A stretch of DNA of 64,000 nucleotides from an uncultured Chloroflexia bacterium (lineage in GTDB: Bacteria > Chloroflexota > Anaerolineae > B4-G1 > SLSP01). Within the stretch, counting starts at the first letter, position 1; each line of letters starts with the position of its first letter. The notes beneath the pieces were generated by a model. That model worked only from the letters and a program-made list of their open reading frames with translations. It was not told the DNA's origin and did not search any database. A program made the position numbers and the translations under genes. The DNA lies in the NCBI GenBank assembly GCA_963751345.1, contig CAVVUS010000001.1:15235-79234 (forward strand), in the 5' to 3' direction. Shown here piece after piece: positions 1-9,492 of this stretch.

Positions 1-1233
1 AAGTTCATCCCAATCGCAATCACCAGAATCGCCAGTGCGCGCCTGGCAAACAGGGATTCCGCCCAGAAGGAGCCGGAACCCTGGCCTAGCGGCACAAAGG
101 CCCTGAGCATGCCGGCAATCGCGGTGCACACCACAGACTGCCACGGCGGCGTAGAGCCACCAGGGCGCCGTTATCAGCGCCCAGCCGAAAGCGACCCAAT
201 AGGACTGGAGTCCGGCCAACAACGCCTGCCAGCCGAACCGGTCGAGCGGAACCTGGATCGCCCAGTGCGGGAGTGTGCCCAGCGGATCGCCATAGCGAAT
301 CGCGTTGGCGAGGTACCATCCGCCGCCGAGAAGCACAGCCGTCACGCCAAAGGCCATCGCGCGCCCGATGCCCTTGAGCGCTACGCCGGCCTCGAAGCGA
401 ACCGGGCGCTGAACCCAGGCCGATACCAGCGCGCCGAGCGCCCCGAGCGGCAGCAGCATCAGAGCACTCTGCTTCGTCAGCAGCCCTGCCCCGACCGGAA
501 TGCCCAGAGCCGCCCAATGCGGCCAGGCCGCCCCCGTGCGCAGCATCCGCAGCAGCCCAAGGAACGTCACGGAAAACAGCGCATTCGTCAAGGGATCGTT
601 GCTCACGCCGCTGTGGCTGGCCGCAAACTGAGGGTTCAACGCTACCCACGCCGCAGCGCCCAGCGCGAGCCAAGCACGCTCGGGCCAGATTTCCCGCGCA
701 ATTGCATAGGTGCAGAGCACGGTAACGGCGCCCAAAAGGATGGAGAGCCCGCGCAGCAACGCGACGGCTCGGACCGTCCGACTCGCCAGTAACGTCTCGT
801 CGGGAAGATGGACGAAGACATTCTTGTTCCAGGCGTCCGATCCGCGGTGGGGAGAGAAGCCCTGCGCCCAACTGGGGCTGGGGATCAAGCGGTCCACCAA
901 GTCGTCCATCGAGTCCCACGCCGTGACGAGCGCCGCCAGGACGTGATAGAGCGGCGGTGCATAGTAGAGCGGCGGATCATGGTAGCCGATCAGCCAGGCC
1001 ATGTTCGGCCCGGTATCCGCCCTCCTGTCTGGGATCTGGTAGGGGGGCAGTTGCCGCTCTTTGGCGATATACCGGATAACCTGGAGATGCGAGGATTCGT
1101 CCGGCGACTCAAAGAGTGGCGTATTGACGGCATACATACAGCCCAGTGCAATGTAGAGTCCGGTGATACAAATCAGGGCCAATCGGGTGCCGTTGATCCG
1201 CCCAATCTTGCGGAGCAACCGTGGCCACAACAT
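1..1233 (-). CDS. GT-C-type (GT39/DUF2142-like) membrane glycosyltransferase, partial at window edge
   Basis: Absent from the ORF track because it runs off the window. Manual translation from ATG 1233: MLWPRLLRKIGRINGTRLALICITGLYIALGCMYAVNTPLFESPDESSHLQVIRYIA...HDPPLYY, i.e. an N-terminal TM helix plus the PDExxH and PPLYY motifs. Confidence 0.75.
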   Translation of the reverse strand, partial: MLWPRLLRKIGRINGTRLALICITGLYIALGCMYAVNTPLFESPDESSHLQVIRYIAKERQLPPYQIPDRRADTGPNMAWLIGYHDPPLYYAPPLYHVLAALVTAWDSMDDLVDRLIPSPSWAQGFSPHRGSDAWNKNVFVHLPDETLLASRTVRAVALLRGLSILLGAVTVLCTYAIAREIWPERAWLALGAAAWVALNPQFAASHSGVSNDPLTNALFSVTFLGLLRMLRTGAAWPHWAALGIPVGAGLLTKQSALMLLPLGALGALVSAWVQRPVRFEAGVALKGIGRAMAFGVTAVLLGGGWYLANAIRYGDPLGTLPHWAIQVPLDRFGWQALLAGLQSYWVAFGWALITAPWWLYAAVAVCGVHRDCRHAQGLCAARPGFRLLLGGIPVCQARTGDSGDCDWDEL

Positions 1234-1400
1234 CACATATTGAGCCTCTCAAGTCATAGACTGGAATGGCACATTCGCGCTTCCACACACCACGCCGGCC
1301 AAAGGGGTGCGGACCCTGTCCCGACACTGAACCGTCAGTTCAGAGGATGGTGCAAGGGCCAGCTCCTCGCACCATCCTCCGGACGAGTACATGGCCGGCT

Positions 1401-4211
1401 CTACACCTCCGCCAGAATGCGGCGGATCGCTGCTGCGGGGTCCTGACCCAGATGGAACCGGACGACACGACGACCGGCATCGGCGAGTGCCTGATAGTCA
1501 CCCAGGGCCTGAGCACGCACGAGGACGCCAAAACTCATCGAAGCCTCGGAGTCCCCCGCCCGGTCGGGAATCTCCGCGTCCCGGACGGGATCAGCCGTGA
1601 ACTGGATGAAGAGGCCGTTGCCGCCATCACCTTTATGGAGCTGGCCGGTGGAGTGAAGGTAACGAGGGCCATAGCCCGACGTCGTCGCAACCTGATAGCG
1701 GTCGCGAATCCAGCGGCGCAGGGACTGCAGCGCCTCCGTCGTGGCCTCGGTAGGTTGAACGTAAGCCTGCAAGGCCACGTAGTCGCCCGCGCGGACCTGA
1801 GCCAGGAAGCTCACAAGTGCCTGGCCCCCGACCTCGGTCGACGCGCCTTCGGGGAGCGCACCACTCTCGCGATAGGTTGCGATCATCTGACGTGCCAACA
1901 CTTTGGCCGCCTCTACGTTAGGTTGATTGAAGGGCTGGATGCCCAGGCTATGTCCCGCCACCGCCACAGCCATCTCCCAGAGAAAGATCTGCTCGCCAAT
2001 GTCATACAGGTCACGCAGGTGAAGCGTGACCACAGGGTGCCCGGTTTCAGCCAGTGCGCCCAACGCCGCGTCGGCAGTGGTATCGCCGTCGAGTCGGAGG
2101 TGCACAAAAAGCCGGTCGTTACCGTAGACCTCCGGCGCCCCCAATGGCTCCCCAACCACAGGGAGGATGCCCGTGCCGGCTTTGCCGGTGCTCTCGGCAA
2201 CGAGTTGCTCCACCCAATCGCCGAAATTGCCGCACGGAGGAGAGACGACCAGCGTCAGTTTGTCCCGTCCGGCCTTGGCCAGTTCGCCCAGGATGACGCC
2301 CAGTTCCGCAGCAACCGTGTCGCCGGCGGTCTGCGAAGCCTCCCCTTCCCATCCCCCGCCCGTCGAGGAAGGGGCTGGGTCTTGGCCATCATCCCTTATA
2401 TCCATAGGGGTAAAGGGGAAGCCCAGGGCGCGCTCGAGCAGAAGCCCGACGTCGACACCCAGCAGCGCTGCAGGGACGAGGCCGAAGTGGGATAGCGCTG
2501 AGTACCGCCCGCCAATGGTAGGGATGTTCTCGAAGACGGCACGGAATCCAAGCTCCCTGCCCAGTGCTGCCAGCGATGTGCCGGGATCGGTGATGGCGGC
2601 AAAGTGCGCTCCCGCGTCCGCGCGGCCCACCGCATCGCTCGTCGCGTTGTAGAAATACTTGAGGAATGACAGGGTCTCGGCCGTCGTGCCCGACTTGCTG
2701 GAGGCGATGAACAAGGTCCTCGCAAGGTCGAGCGCGTCGGCATAGGCCAGCACGGCACCGGGATCGGTGCTGTCGAGGACGTCCAGTCGCGGATAGCCCT
2801 CGCGACCGCCGAAGACGGTGCTGAAGACGTCGGGGGCCAGGCTGGAGCCCCCCATACCCAGCAACACCACGCGCGTGTAGCCGGCATCCCTGACAGCGTC
2901 GACGAAGTCCGCTATGGGTTCCAGGTGTCTCAGCATCACCGCGGGTGAGGTGAGCCATCCAAGGCGATTGGAAATCTCCGTCGGCTCCGGCTGCCACACG
3001 AAGTAGTCAAGTTCCCAGATACGGTCGACGATCTCTTCCTCGACCAACCGATCGAGGGCAGTATCTACCGCTGCCTGTTCCTCGCCAAGGCGGGCCTCGA
3101 AACGCGGCAGCCCGAGCCTGCGGCACTTCGTGCGCACGCTTTGCAGAAGTACTTCGAAGGGCTTCGCGAACTTGTCAACGCCCTCGTCCAGGAGCGCGTC
3201 GGTCACGCGATCCAAATCGATGCCCAGATCAGCCAGGCGTCTGAGTTGGGCCTGTGCGGTCTCCAGATCGGCCTCAAGGGTGTCAGCCACCGTGCCATGA
3301 TCGAGCACGGCCTTCAGCGTCTCGGGGGGCAGCGTGTTGACGGTATGGGGGCCGATCAGGGCGTCGGGATAGAGCGTGTCGGGATACGCCGGGTTCTTGG
3401 TGCTGGTGCTGGCCCACAGGGGACGCTGAAGGCTGGCCCCCTTGGCGGCAAGATGCTCCCAGCGCTCACCACTGAACGCCTGCTTGAAGCGCTGATAGGC
3501 CATCTTGGCGTTGGCGATGCCGATCGTGCCCTTGAGTTCGGCGGCCTCCGGTGTCCCAAATCATCCAACATGCCGTCGACCATCACGTCGACGCGGCTGA
3601 CAAAGAAGGATGCCACGGATGCTATGCCCGTCAGATCCCCATCCTGTCGCGGCTCGACGCTCCAGACCCGCCATATAGGCCTCCGCGACCGCGTCGTACT
3701 GCTCCAGTGAGAACATCAGCGTCACGTTGACGTTGATTCCCTCGCCGATGAGCGTCTCGATGGCAGGAATGCCCTCCGGTGTCGCGGGCACCTTGATCAG
3801 AACGTTGGGTCGACCGACAGCTCCCCAAAGATGCCGAGCTTGCGCGATCGTGCCGGCGGTGTCATAGGCCAAATCGGGGCTCACCTCGAGGCTGACGAAA
3901 CCGTCCTTACCCTCCGTAGCCTCGTACACGATCCGCAGCGTATCGGCTGCCATTTGGATGTCGCGCAGGGCTAGCGCCTCATACGTATCGGCCGCAACCA
4001 CGCCCAGATCACACGTCTCGGCGAGCTGCTGATCGTAGTCGTCGCTGCCGGCGATCGCCTTCTCGAAGATTGCGGGGTTCGACGTAACACCCCGCACGCC
4101 CTGGTTAACCGCGGCAGCCAGGCCACCGCCGAGAATGTATGAGCGCCGGATGTAGTCGAGCCAAATCGACTGGCCGGAATCCGCCAACTGGCCAAGTATT
4201 GTACTTTCCAC
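1401..4211 (-). CDS. tal-pgi: bifunctional transaldolase / glucose-6-phosphate isomerase (frameshifted near 3540-3640)
   Basis: Transaldolase motifs [38 protein letters not shown]; PGI motifs [52 protein letters not shown]. Merges ORFs 3561-4211 and 1401-3503. Confidence 0.93.
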
Positions 4212-4234
4212 TTTCCCTCCTATAGAAGCGCTAG

Positions 4235-4283
4235 TACGTCAGAACGTCTCTACGTTCCAACGCGCAGAACGTGTCAACGTTCC
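4235..4283. repeat. degenerate ~8-nt tandem repeat (NACGTNNN)
   Basis: tacgtcag/aacgtctc/tacgttcc/aacgcgcag/aacgtgtc/aacgttcc. Confidence 0.6.
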
Positions 4284-5428
4284 TCTGACACGACAAGATT
4301 GTCCTTGATGTAGTCGAAGTTGATGTCCCACCCCAAGCCGGGAAGCTGCGAGACGTGCACATAGCCCTCGCTATCCATCGGATCCTCAAGCCGGTTGAGC
4401 CACGGGCTCGGGGACTCATAGTCGACAAAGGGATGCAGCAGCCCGCGCTCGTAGAACCGCCCCGGGATGCCCATCGCGCACAGCACGTGCAGGTTCGCAG
4501 CGCCGCCGCCGTGCACCTCCATCCGCATCCCGAAGGCCTCCGCCAGATGCGCGATCTTCACCAGCGGCGTGATCCCGCCCACGTCACCCACTCCACCTCG
4601 GACAATATCAGCCGCGCCGTACTTGATCCATTCGGCCCGTGCGAACATCTTTCCCTCGGCGGTCTCCGGCCCGCAGATCGGAAGATCGAGCTGCTCTGCC
4701 AGCCACACGTAGGACGACATGCTGTGCTCGTCCATCGGCTCCTCCATCCAGAGGAAGCCCAGCTTCTCCAGCTCGCGCCCCAGGATAAGAGATTCCTCAC
4801 GCCCATAGTAGTGATAGGGATCCAGCATCAGCGGCACGTCGGGGCCCACCGCCTCGCGGACGGCAGCGCAGGCTGCCACGTCGCGCCTGACGTCCGGTGC
4901 ACCGGGCATAGGTGGCTGCCAGGTATGCAGCTTGAAGGCCGGGTAGCCGCGCGCCATACACTGCGCTGCAAACCGCGCGTAGGCCTCAGGCGAGTCCAGA
5001 CCTCCCGCAAGATCGTCCCCACACATTGTGCTTGCATAGGCAGGGACCTTGTCACGATAGGCTCCCAGCAGCTTGTATACAGGCTGGTTCAACGCGCGTC
5101 CTGCCAGATCCCACAGCGCGCAGTCGATGATGGTCAAGACCCTGTCCACTAGGGTGCTCAGATTCAGGCGCTGCCGCTCTTTGAGCGCCTGCCATATCTG
5201 CTCGCGGTAGAAGGGGTCCTTGCCGATCACCAATGGCTTGATCAGGCTCTCCAGGACGCCCTTTGAGATGCCGCCAAACATGTAGCCTTCCGTGCCGTCG
5301 TCGGCTACGACGGTCACGAGGCTCTGATGTGCTTCGTGCTGGGGACCCGGATGACCGTGCCCCTCAGAATCGCGTATGACACCGGACGTGCTGCGAAATG
5401 TCCTTACGTGAATGTCAGAGATCCGCAT
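4274..5428 (-). CDS. mandelate racemase/enolase superfamily protein (probable acid-sugar dehydratase)
   Basis: DCALWDL, KLH in place of KxK, metal ligands LMLD / WMEEP / GPET, GGIT, EVHG. Confidence 0.88.
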   Translation of the reverse strand: MRISDIHVRTFRSTSGVIRDSEGHGHPGPQHEAHQSLVTVVADDGTEGYMFGGISKGVLESLIKPLVIGKDPFYREQIWQALKERQRLNLSTLVDRVLTIIDCALWDLAGRALNQPVYKLLGAYRDKVPAYASTMCGDDLAGGLDSPEAYARFAAQCMARGYPAFKLHTWQPPMPGAPDVRRDVAACAAVREAVGPDVPLMLDPYHYYGREESLILGRELEKLGFLWMEEPMDEHSMSSYVWLAEQLDLPICGPETAEGKMFARAEWIKYGAADIVRGGVGDVGGITPLVKIAHLAEAFGMRMEVHGGGAANLHVLCAMGIPGRFYERGLLHPFVDYESPSPWLNRLEDPMDSEGYVHVSQLPGLGWDINFDYIKDNLVVSEER

Positions 5429-5453
5429 TAGTGCCCTCCCATCTAGCCCAGAG

Positions 5454-5547
5454 AACCTTGCGAAGTTGTGACGTGCCGGCAAGTGTGAGTGTCCGTGAAT
5501 CCAGAGGTGCCTCGCTGTGGCAGTCCGTTCGTGACCTTCGCAAGGTT
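5454..5547. repeat. perfect 12-bp inverted repeat pair (REP/MITE-like)
   Basis: aaccttgcgaag (5454-5465) and cttcgcaaggtt (5536-5547), intergenic. Confidence 0.6.
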
Positions 5548-5554
5548 AAGATGC

Positions 5555-6643
5555 TTATTTCAGCCAGCGCTCCAGATTGGAGTTCACGAAAGCGTCGTCG
5601 CTGAACTCGGGATACGAAGCGCACACTCGATCAATCTCATCCATCTGACCCTGCGACAGCGTCTCATCAGGATCCAGGCACTCGATACCATTGACCAGGC
5701 CCTGACGCCTGAGGACCTCCTGGATGCCCGGGATGCAGCCGGCAAAGCTGTGGGCAGCGTCAAAGATAGCCGAATTGGCGTCCGTGAGCCTGGCACCGCG
5801 CGTGAGCAGCTCGGGTGGGATGGAAGTCCCGCTGTGCAGCAGCCTGTGAATCTCATCTAGGAGCCCCACAGCTTGGCGGGTCCAGACCGCCCACTGCCCG
5901 AGCAACCCTCCAACCATCCGCGTCGAGCGCGGCCCAAATGGCGTCTCGATGACGTACTCGGTCAGCAGATCACCGACGATGTGGTCGTCATTCCCCGTGT
6001 AGAGGGTCACCGTCTTCTCGCGCCCCGCGTCACAGATGGCACGGACAACATCCAGCGTCTGGTACCGGTTGAAGGGCGCAATCTTGACCCCGATCAGTCT
6101 CTCGACTCCGGCGAGCTCTCGCCAGAAACTGTATGGGAGCCTCCGCCCGCCAACAGCCGGCTGCAGATAGAACCCGATGATGGGCAAAACCTCCGCGACC
6201 GACGTGCAATGCTCGACCATCGACTGGAGGGTGTCGGAATCGGTGAAAGCGCCCAGGCTAACCAGGCCCGCATGGTACCCGCAGTCGCGGGCAAACGACG
6301 CCTCGTGCAGCGCCTGTGGCGTGCGCCCGCATATGCCGGCGATCTTGAACATCGTACGACCGGTTTTCGCGTGCCAATCATCAATCACGCCCGATACGAA
6401 CCGCAGCACCGGTTCGTACAGCCCGACATCCGGATCGCGAATGGCAAACTGGGTCGTGTGCACGCCAACGGCGAGCCCGCCCGCGCCCGCATCGACGTAG
6501 TAGCGCGTCAGTGCGGCCTGGTGCCGTTCGTCAAAGCGCCGCTGCGCATCCAGCGCCAACGGCATCGCCGGGATGACGCATCCTTCCCTGAAGCGGCCCA
6601 GGAGCGCAACAGGGATGCCATCCCCACTATCAGAACTGCCCAT
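5555..6643 (-). CDS. dihydrodipicolinate synthase (DHDPS/NAL) family aldolase/lyase
   Basis: PAMPLAL, GVHTTQF, FYLQPAVGG, Schiff-base Lys in GVKIAPF, YTGNDD. Confidence 0.85.
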   Translation of the reverse strand: MGSSDSGDGIPVALLGRFREGCVIPAMPLALDAQRRFDERHQAALTRYYVDAGAGGLAVGVHTTQFAIRDPDVGLYEPVLRFVSGVIDDWHAKTGRTMFKIAGICGRTPQALHEASFARDCGYHAGLVSLGAFTDSDTLQSMVEHCTSVAEVLPIIGFYLQPAVGGRRLPYSFWRELAGVERLIGVKIAPFNRYQTLDVVRAICDAGREKTVTLYTGNDDHIVGDLLTEYVIETPFGPRSTRMVGGLLGQWAVWTRQAVGLLDEIHRLLHSGTSIPPELLTRGARLTDANSAIFDAAHSFAGCIPGIQEVLRRQGLVNGIECLDPDETLSQGQMDEIDRVCASYPEFSDDAFVNSNLERWLK

Positions 6644-7670
6644 CGGTCACCCCATAGTGGGTCGGCTTCTCCAGGACCGGCCCTCCGCGTCGAATCCAAT
6701 CGGCCTGCCAGCGGATCATCGTGTCGAGGGGAACTGAAGGATAGCCGAACCGCGCGGCGGCTTCTCCGGCGTTGCTCAGGTACATACCCCTTTCACTTGC
6801 CTCACCGACGAAACGGGCCTCGGTGTCGAAAAGCTCTGCGAAGCGTTCGGCAATAGACCGGACCGGCGCCGTCTCCGGACCGGTGACGTTCAGGATGGCA
6901 GGAGGTGTGTCGCACAATTCGAGGGCCAACAGCGCCTGGCGGTTCGCGTCGCCCTGCCAGATGAGGTTGACGTGGCTCACCGTCAAATCGACGGGGTCAC
7001 CTGCGTAGACACGACAGCCTATGTCGTACAACACACCGTAGCGGAGGCCGACGGCGTAATTCAGACGCAGGAAACACATCTGACACCCCGTGGCACGACT
7101 CCAGTATTCGAAGATCCGCTCGCGCCCGAGACACGACTGCGCATACTCCCCCACCGGATCGGGCGGCGTAGCCTCGGTACAGCCACCCGTCGCCGGCTTG
7201 ACCAGGGGATAGACGCACCCTGTGGAAAAGACGACCAGGCGACTGTCCCGGAAATGACTCGCCACGTTGCTCGGCACCAGGACGTTCGTCGCCCACGTGA
7301 GGTACTCGCTGCCCCCGGTGCCGAACTTGCGACCGACCATATAAATGACGTTCTCAACCTGCGGGAGCTGCGCGACACCGCTCTGATCGAGCAGATCGCA
7401 CGGGATGGTCCTTACGCCGTGATCCTCGAGGTAAGCCCTGGCCTCGGGTGCGGAAAACCTCGACACGCCGAACACCCGCTTTGCGCAGCCCGCTTGGCAT
7501 ATGGCACGTGCGGCGGCCACCCCTAGTGTGGTGCCCATCTTTCCGCCAATGCCGAGAACGATGATGTCCCCACGTAGACGCGTCATCAGGGCGGTCAGAG
7601 CCTCCGACGGCTCCGCAAGGAGAGCGTCAAGGGCGTCCTCACTTTCAATCATCTGCGGCAGCTCTCGCAT
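6630..7670 (-). CDS. NAD-dependent epimerase/dehydratase family protein
   Basis: Rossmann motif LGIGGKMG, GRKFG, FSTGCVY, YAQSCLGRE, RLNYA; overlaps the downstream DHDPS-like gene. Confidence 0.85.
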   Translation of the reverse strand: MRELPQMIESEDALDALLAEPSEALTALMTRLRGDIIVLGIGGKMGTTLGVAAARAICQAGCAKRVFGVSRFSAPEARAYLEDHGVRTIPCDLLDQSGVAQLPQVENVIYMVGRKFGTGGSEYLTWATNVLVPSNVASHFRDSRLVVFSTGCVYPLVKPATGGCTEATPPDPVGEYAQSCLGRERIFEYWSRATGCQMCFLRLNYAVGLRYGVLYDIGCRVYAGDPVDLTVSHVNLIWQGDANRQALLALELCDTPPAILNVTGPETAPVRSIAERFAELFDTEARFVGEASERGMYLSNAGEAAARFGYPSVPLDTMIRWQADWIRRGGPVLEKPTHYGVTDGQF

Positions 7671-7935
7671 AGATACCGACCCCCGCTCAACGTCCTCTCG
7701 ACCTAATAGCACTTCGGGAAGGATACACCCAACCAGCGTGATAACCAACTCAGCCCCAACGGAGCCAACGCATGCCGCCGGAAGCCCAAACGGCACAATT
7801 GGCGCGCTCTGTTATCCTGTGATACGATAGTCAGATGGGTGCACGGGAAGCGGTCACACCCACCGGCCTCAAGTTACACGAAGCAAGCTAGGTGGCCGGC
7901 AGGCTACTTGTGGCGGAAGAGGAAGACGCGAAAGT

Positions 7936-8334
7936 ATGGATCACTGCAAACGTATCCTGGTTGTAGATGACGACGATCGCGTCAGATTTGTCCTGACCGA
8001 TGTATTGCGGAAACTCGGGAGTGACTACGAGATCGTAGCCGCAGGCAGTTGTCGTGAAGCTCTCTCCCTGGCCCAGGAATCGAGATTCGATCTGATGATT
8101 ACGGATTTGCGGCTGCCGAGATCGGACGGTCTGGCCCTCACCTCAGCTCTTGCGAAGCTGAGCCCGGACACCAAGGTCATCTGGATCACGGCGCACGGCT
8201 GCTATCACTATCGGGCGTCAGCCAAACGGCTCGAAGTCGAGCGGTGTTTGGACAAGCCGCTGGAGATCCAGAGCATTCGTCAGGCTGCGCTGGACGCCCT
8301 ACGTAACGGCCATAATCGATACATGAAGACTTGA
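7936..8334 (+). CDS. single-domain response regulator (CheY-like receiver)
   Basis: ILVVDDD, phosphoacceptor ITDLRLP..DG, WITAH, KP. Confidence 0.9.
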   Translation: MDHCKRILVVDDDDRVRFVLTDVLRKLGSDYEIVAAGSCREALSLAQESRFDLMITDLRLPRSDGLALTSALAKLSPDTKVIWITAHGCYHYRASAKRLEVERCLDKPLEIQSIRQAALDALRNGHNRYMKT

Positions 8335-8378
8335 CGGCATCTCTCTCGCCTCATACATCTAGCCAATGCACCGAACTT

Positions 8379-8407
8379 CGGGGGTGAGGGGAATATCCTC
8401 ACCCCCG
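8379..8407. terminator. GC-rich hairpin (terminator or REP-like)
   Basis: cgggggtgagg-ggaatat-cctcacccccg, 11-bp perfect stem, no U-tract. Confidence 0.4.
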
Positions 8408-8434
8408 AGGGGTTTCTGCAGAGCGGTGACGGAC

Positions 8435-8947
8435 ATGAAAGACTCCGAGATCGTCGATCGAGAATTCAGGCATAACAAGACAAGATACGTAGTCCAGTGC
8501 TTGTTAGCCACCCTGTGTATTCTTGCCATTCTACTGACGTTGGACATCATTAAGCACACCGTCTCAATAGCTTCACTGGGCGCCAGCTCCTTCATCGCCT
8601 TCGCTATGCCTCACCGGAGAGCGTCACAGCCGAGGCTGCTCGTTGGCGGTTACCTGATCGGTACTCTATTCGGTTGTCTCTGCTTTGCCGGAGCGACGGG
8701 CCTGGCCGGCGTGTGGCCATCCATAAGCCACGTTGCCGTTGAGACATTCTTCGCAGCCCTGGCTGCCGGCCTGACCATCTTCGGAATGGTTGTAACCCAG
8801 AGCGAGCATCCACCGGCAGCAGGGCTTGCTTTGGGATTCGTGATCAACGGCTGCGATCTTCGCACAATCGTCGTCGTCATGCTGGGGATCACAAGCCTTA
8901 CCGCCATCAAGACGCTGGCCAAACCGCTGCTCATTGACCTAACGTAA
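8435..8947 (+). CDS. HPP family membrane protein
   Basis: SLGASSFIAF, SQPR..VGG, EHPPAAG motif, several TM helices. Confidence 0.88.
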   Translation: MKDSEIVDREFRHNKTRYVVQCLLATLCILAILLTLDIIKHTVSIASLGASSFIAFAMPHRRASQPRLLVGGYLIGTLFGCLCFAGATGLAGVWPSISHVAVETFFAALAAGLTIFGMVVTQSEHPPAAGLALGFVINGCDLRTIVVVMLGITSLTAIKTLAKPLLIDLT

Positions 8948-8977
8948 TGACTCGACGTAAATGCGGAGGCAGAAAGC

Positions 8978-9292
8978 ATGGAAAACCAGAAGGAACGCCT
9001 GACGCAGGAACTGCAAGCGCTGGATGAGCAAATTGCCACACTGAAGCAGGCCCTTACCGTGAAACCGGAATACGGCATGGGCAAGGGCGATCCGGCGATC
9101 ACGCAATGGGAGCTTGATCAGGCCATGCTTGAGCGTCTGGAGCGACACTCAGACACACTGAGGCAGGCCCTCGATCGTCTCAAGGCAGGCACCTACGGCA
9201 TCTGCGAGCGCTGCGGGAAGCCTATCAACCCGGAACGCCTTGCCGTACTGCCTGACACAACCCTATGTATGGCCTGTGCTCAAAAGGGGTAA
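8978..9292 (+). CDS. TraR/DksA C4-type zinc-finger protein
   Basis: Coiled coil followed by ALDRLKAGTYGICERCG..I..ERL..LP.TTLCMAC. Confidence 0.9.
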   Translation: MENQKERLTQELQALDEQIATLKQALTVKPEYGMGKGDPAITQWELDQAMLERLERHSDTLRQALDRLKAGTYGICERCGKPINPERLAVLPDTTLCMACAQKG

Positions 9293-9424
9293 AGAGGAAC
9301 CAGCGCCGCTCCGAAGACGTCGACATCCACCACAACACCACCCAGCCATCTTCGGCGTCGCTCGATAGGTAAGATACCACCGTCGAGCAGCGTCTATACG
9401 CCAGAAGTTCCTATAGCTCTGAAT

Positions 9425-9454
9425 TTGCGAATGCCGTCGAATGACTGGTATAAT
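9425..9454 (+). promoter_or_regulatory. sigma70-type promoter of the sigma factor gene
   Basis: TTGCGA-18 bp-TATAAT with extended -10 TG. Confidence 0.6.
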
Positions 9455-9492
9455 AGGTGTTTTGGTAAAGGAGACGTCAGATAGACGAAGCT

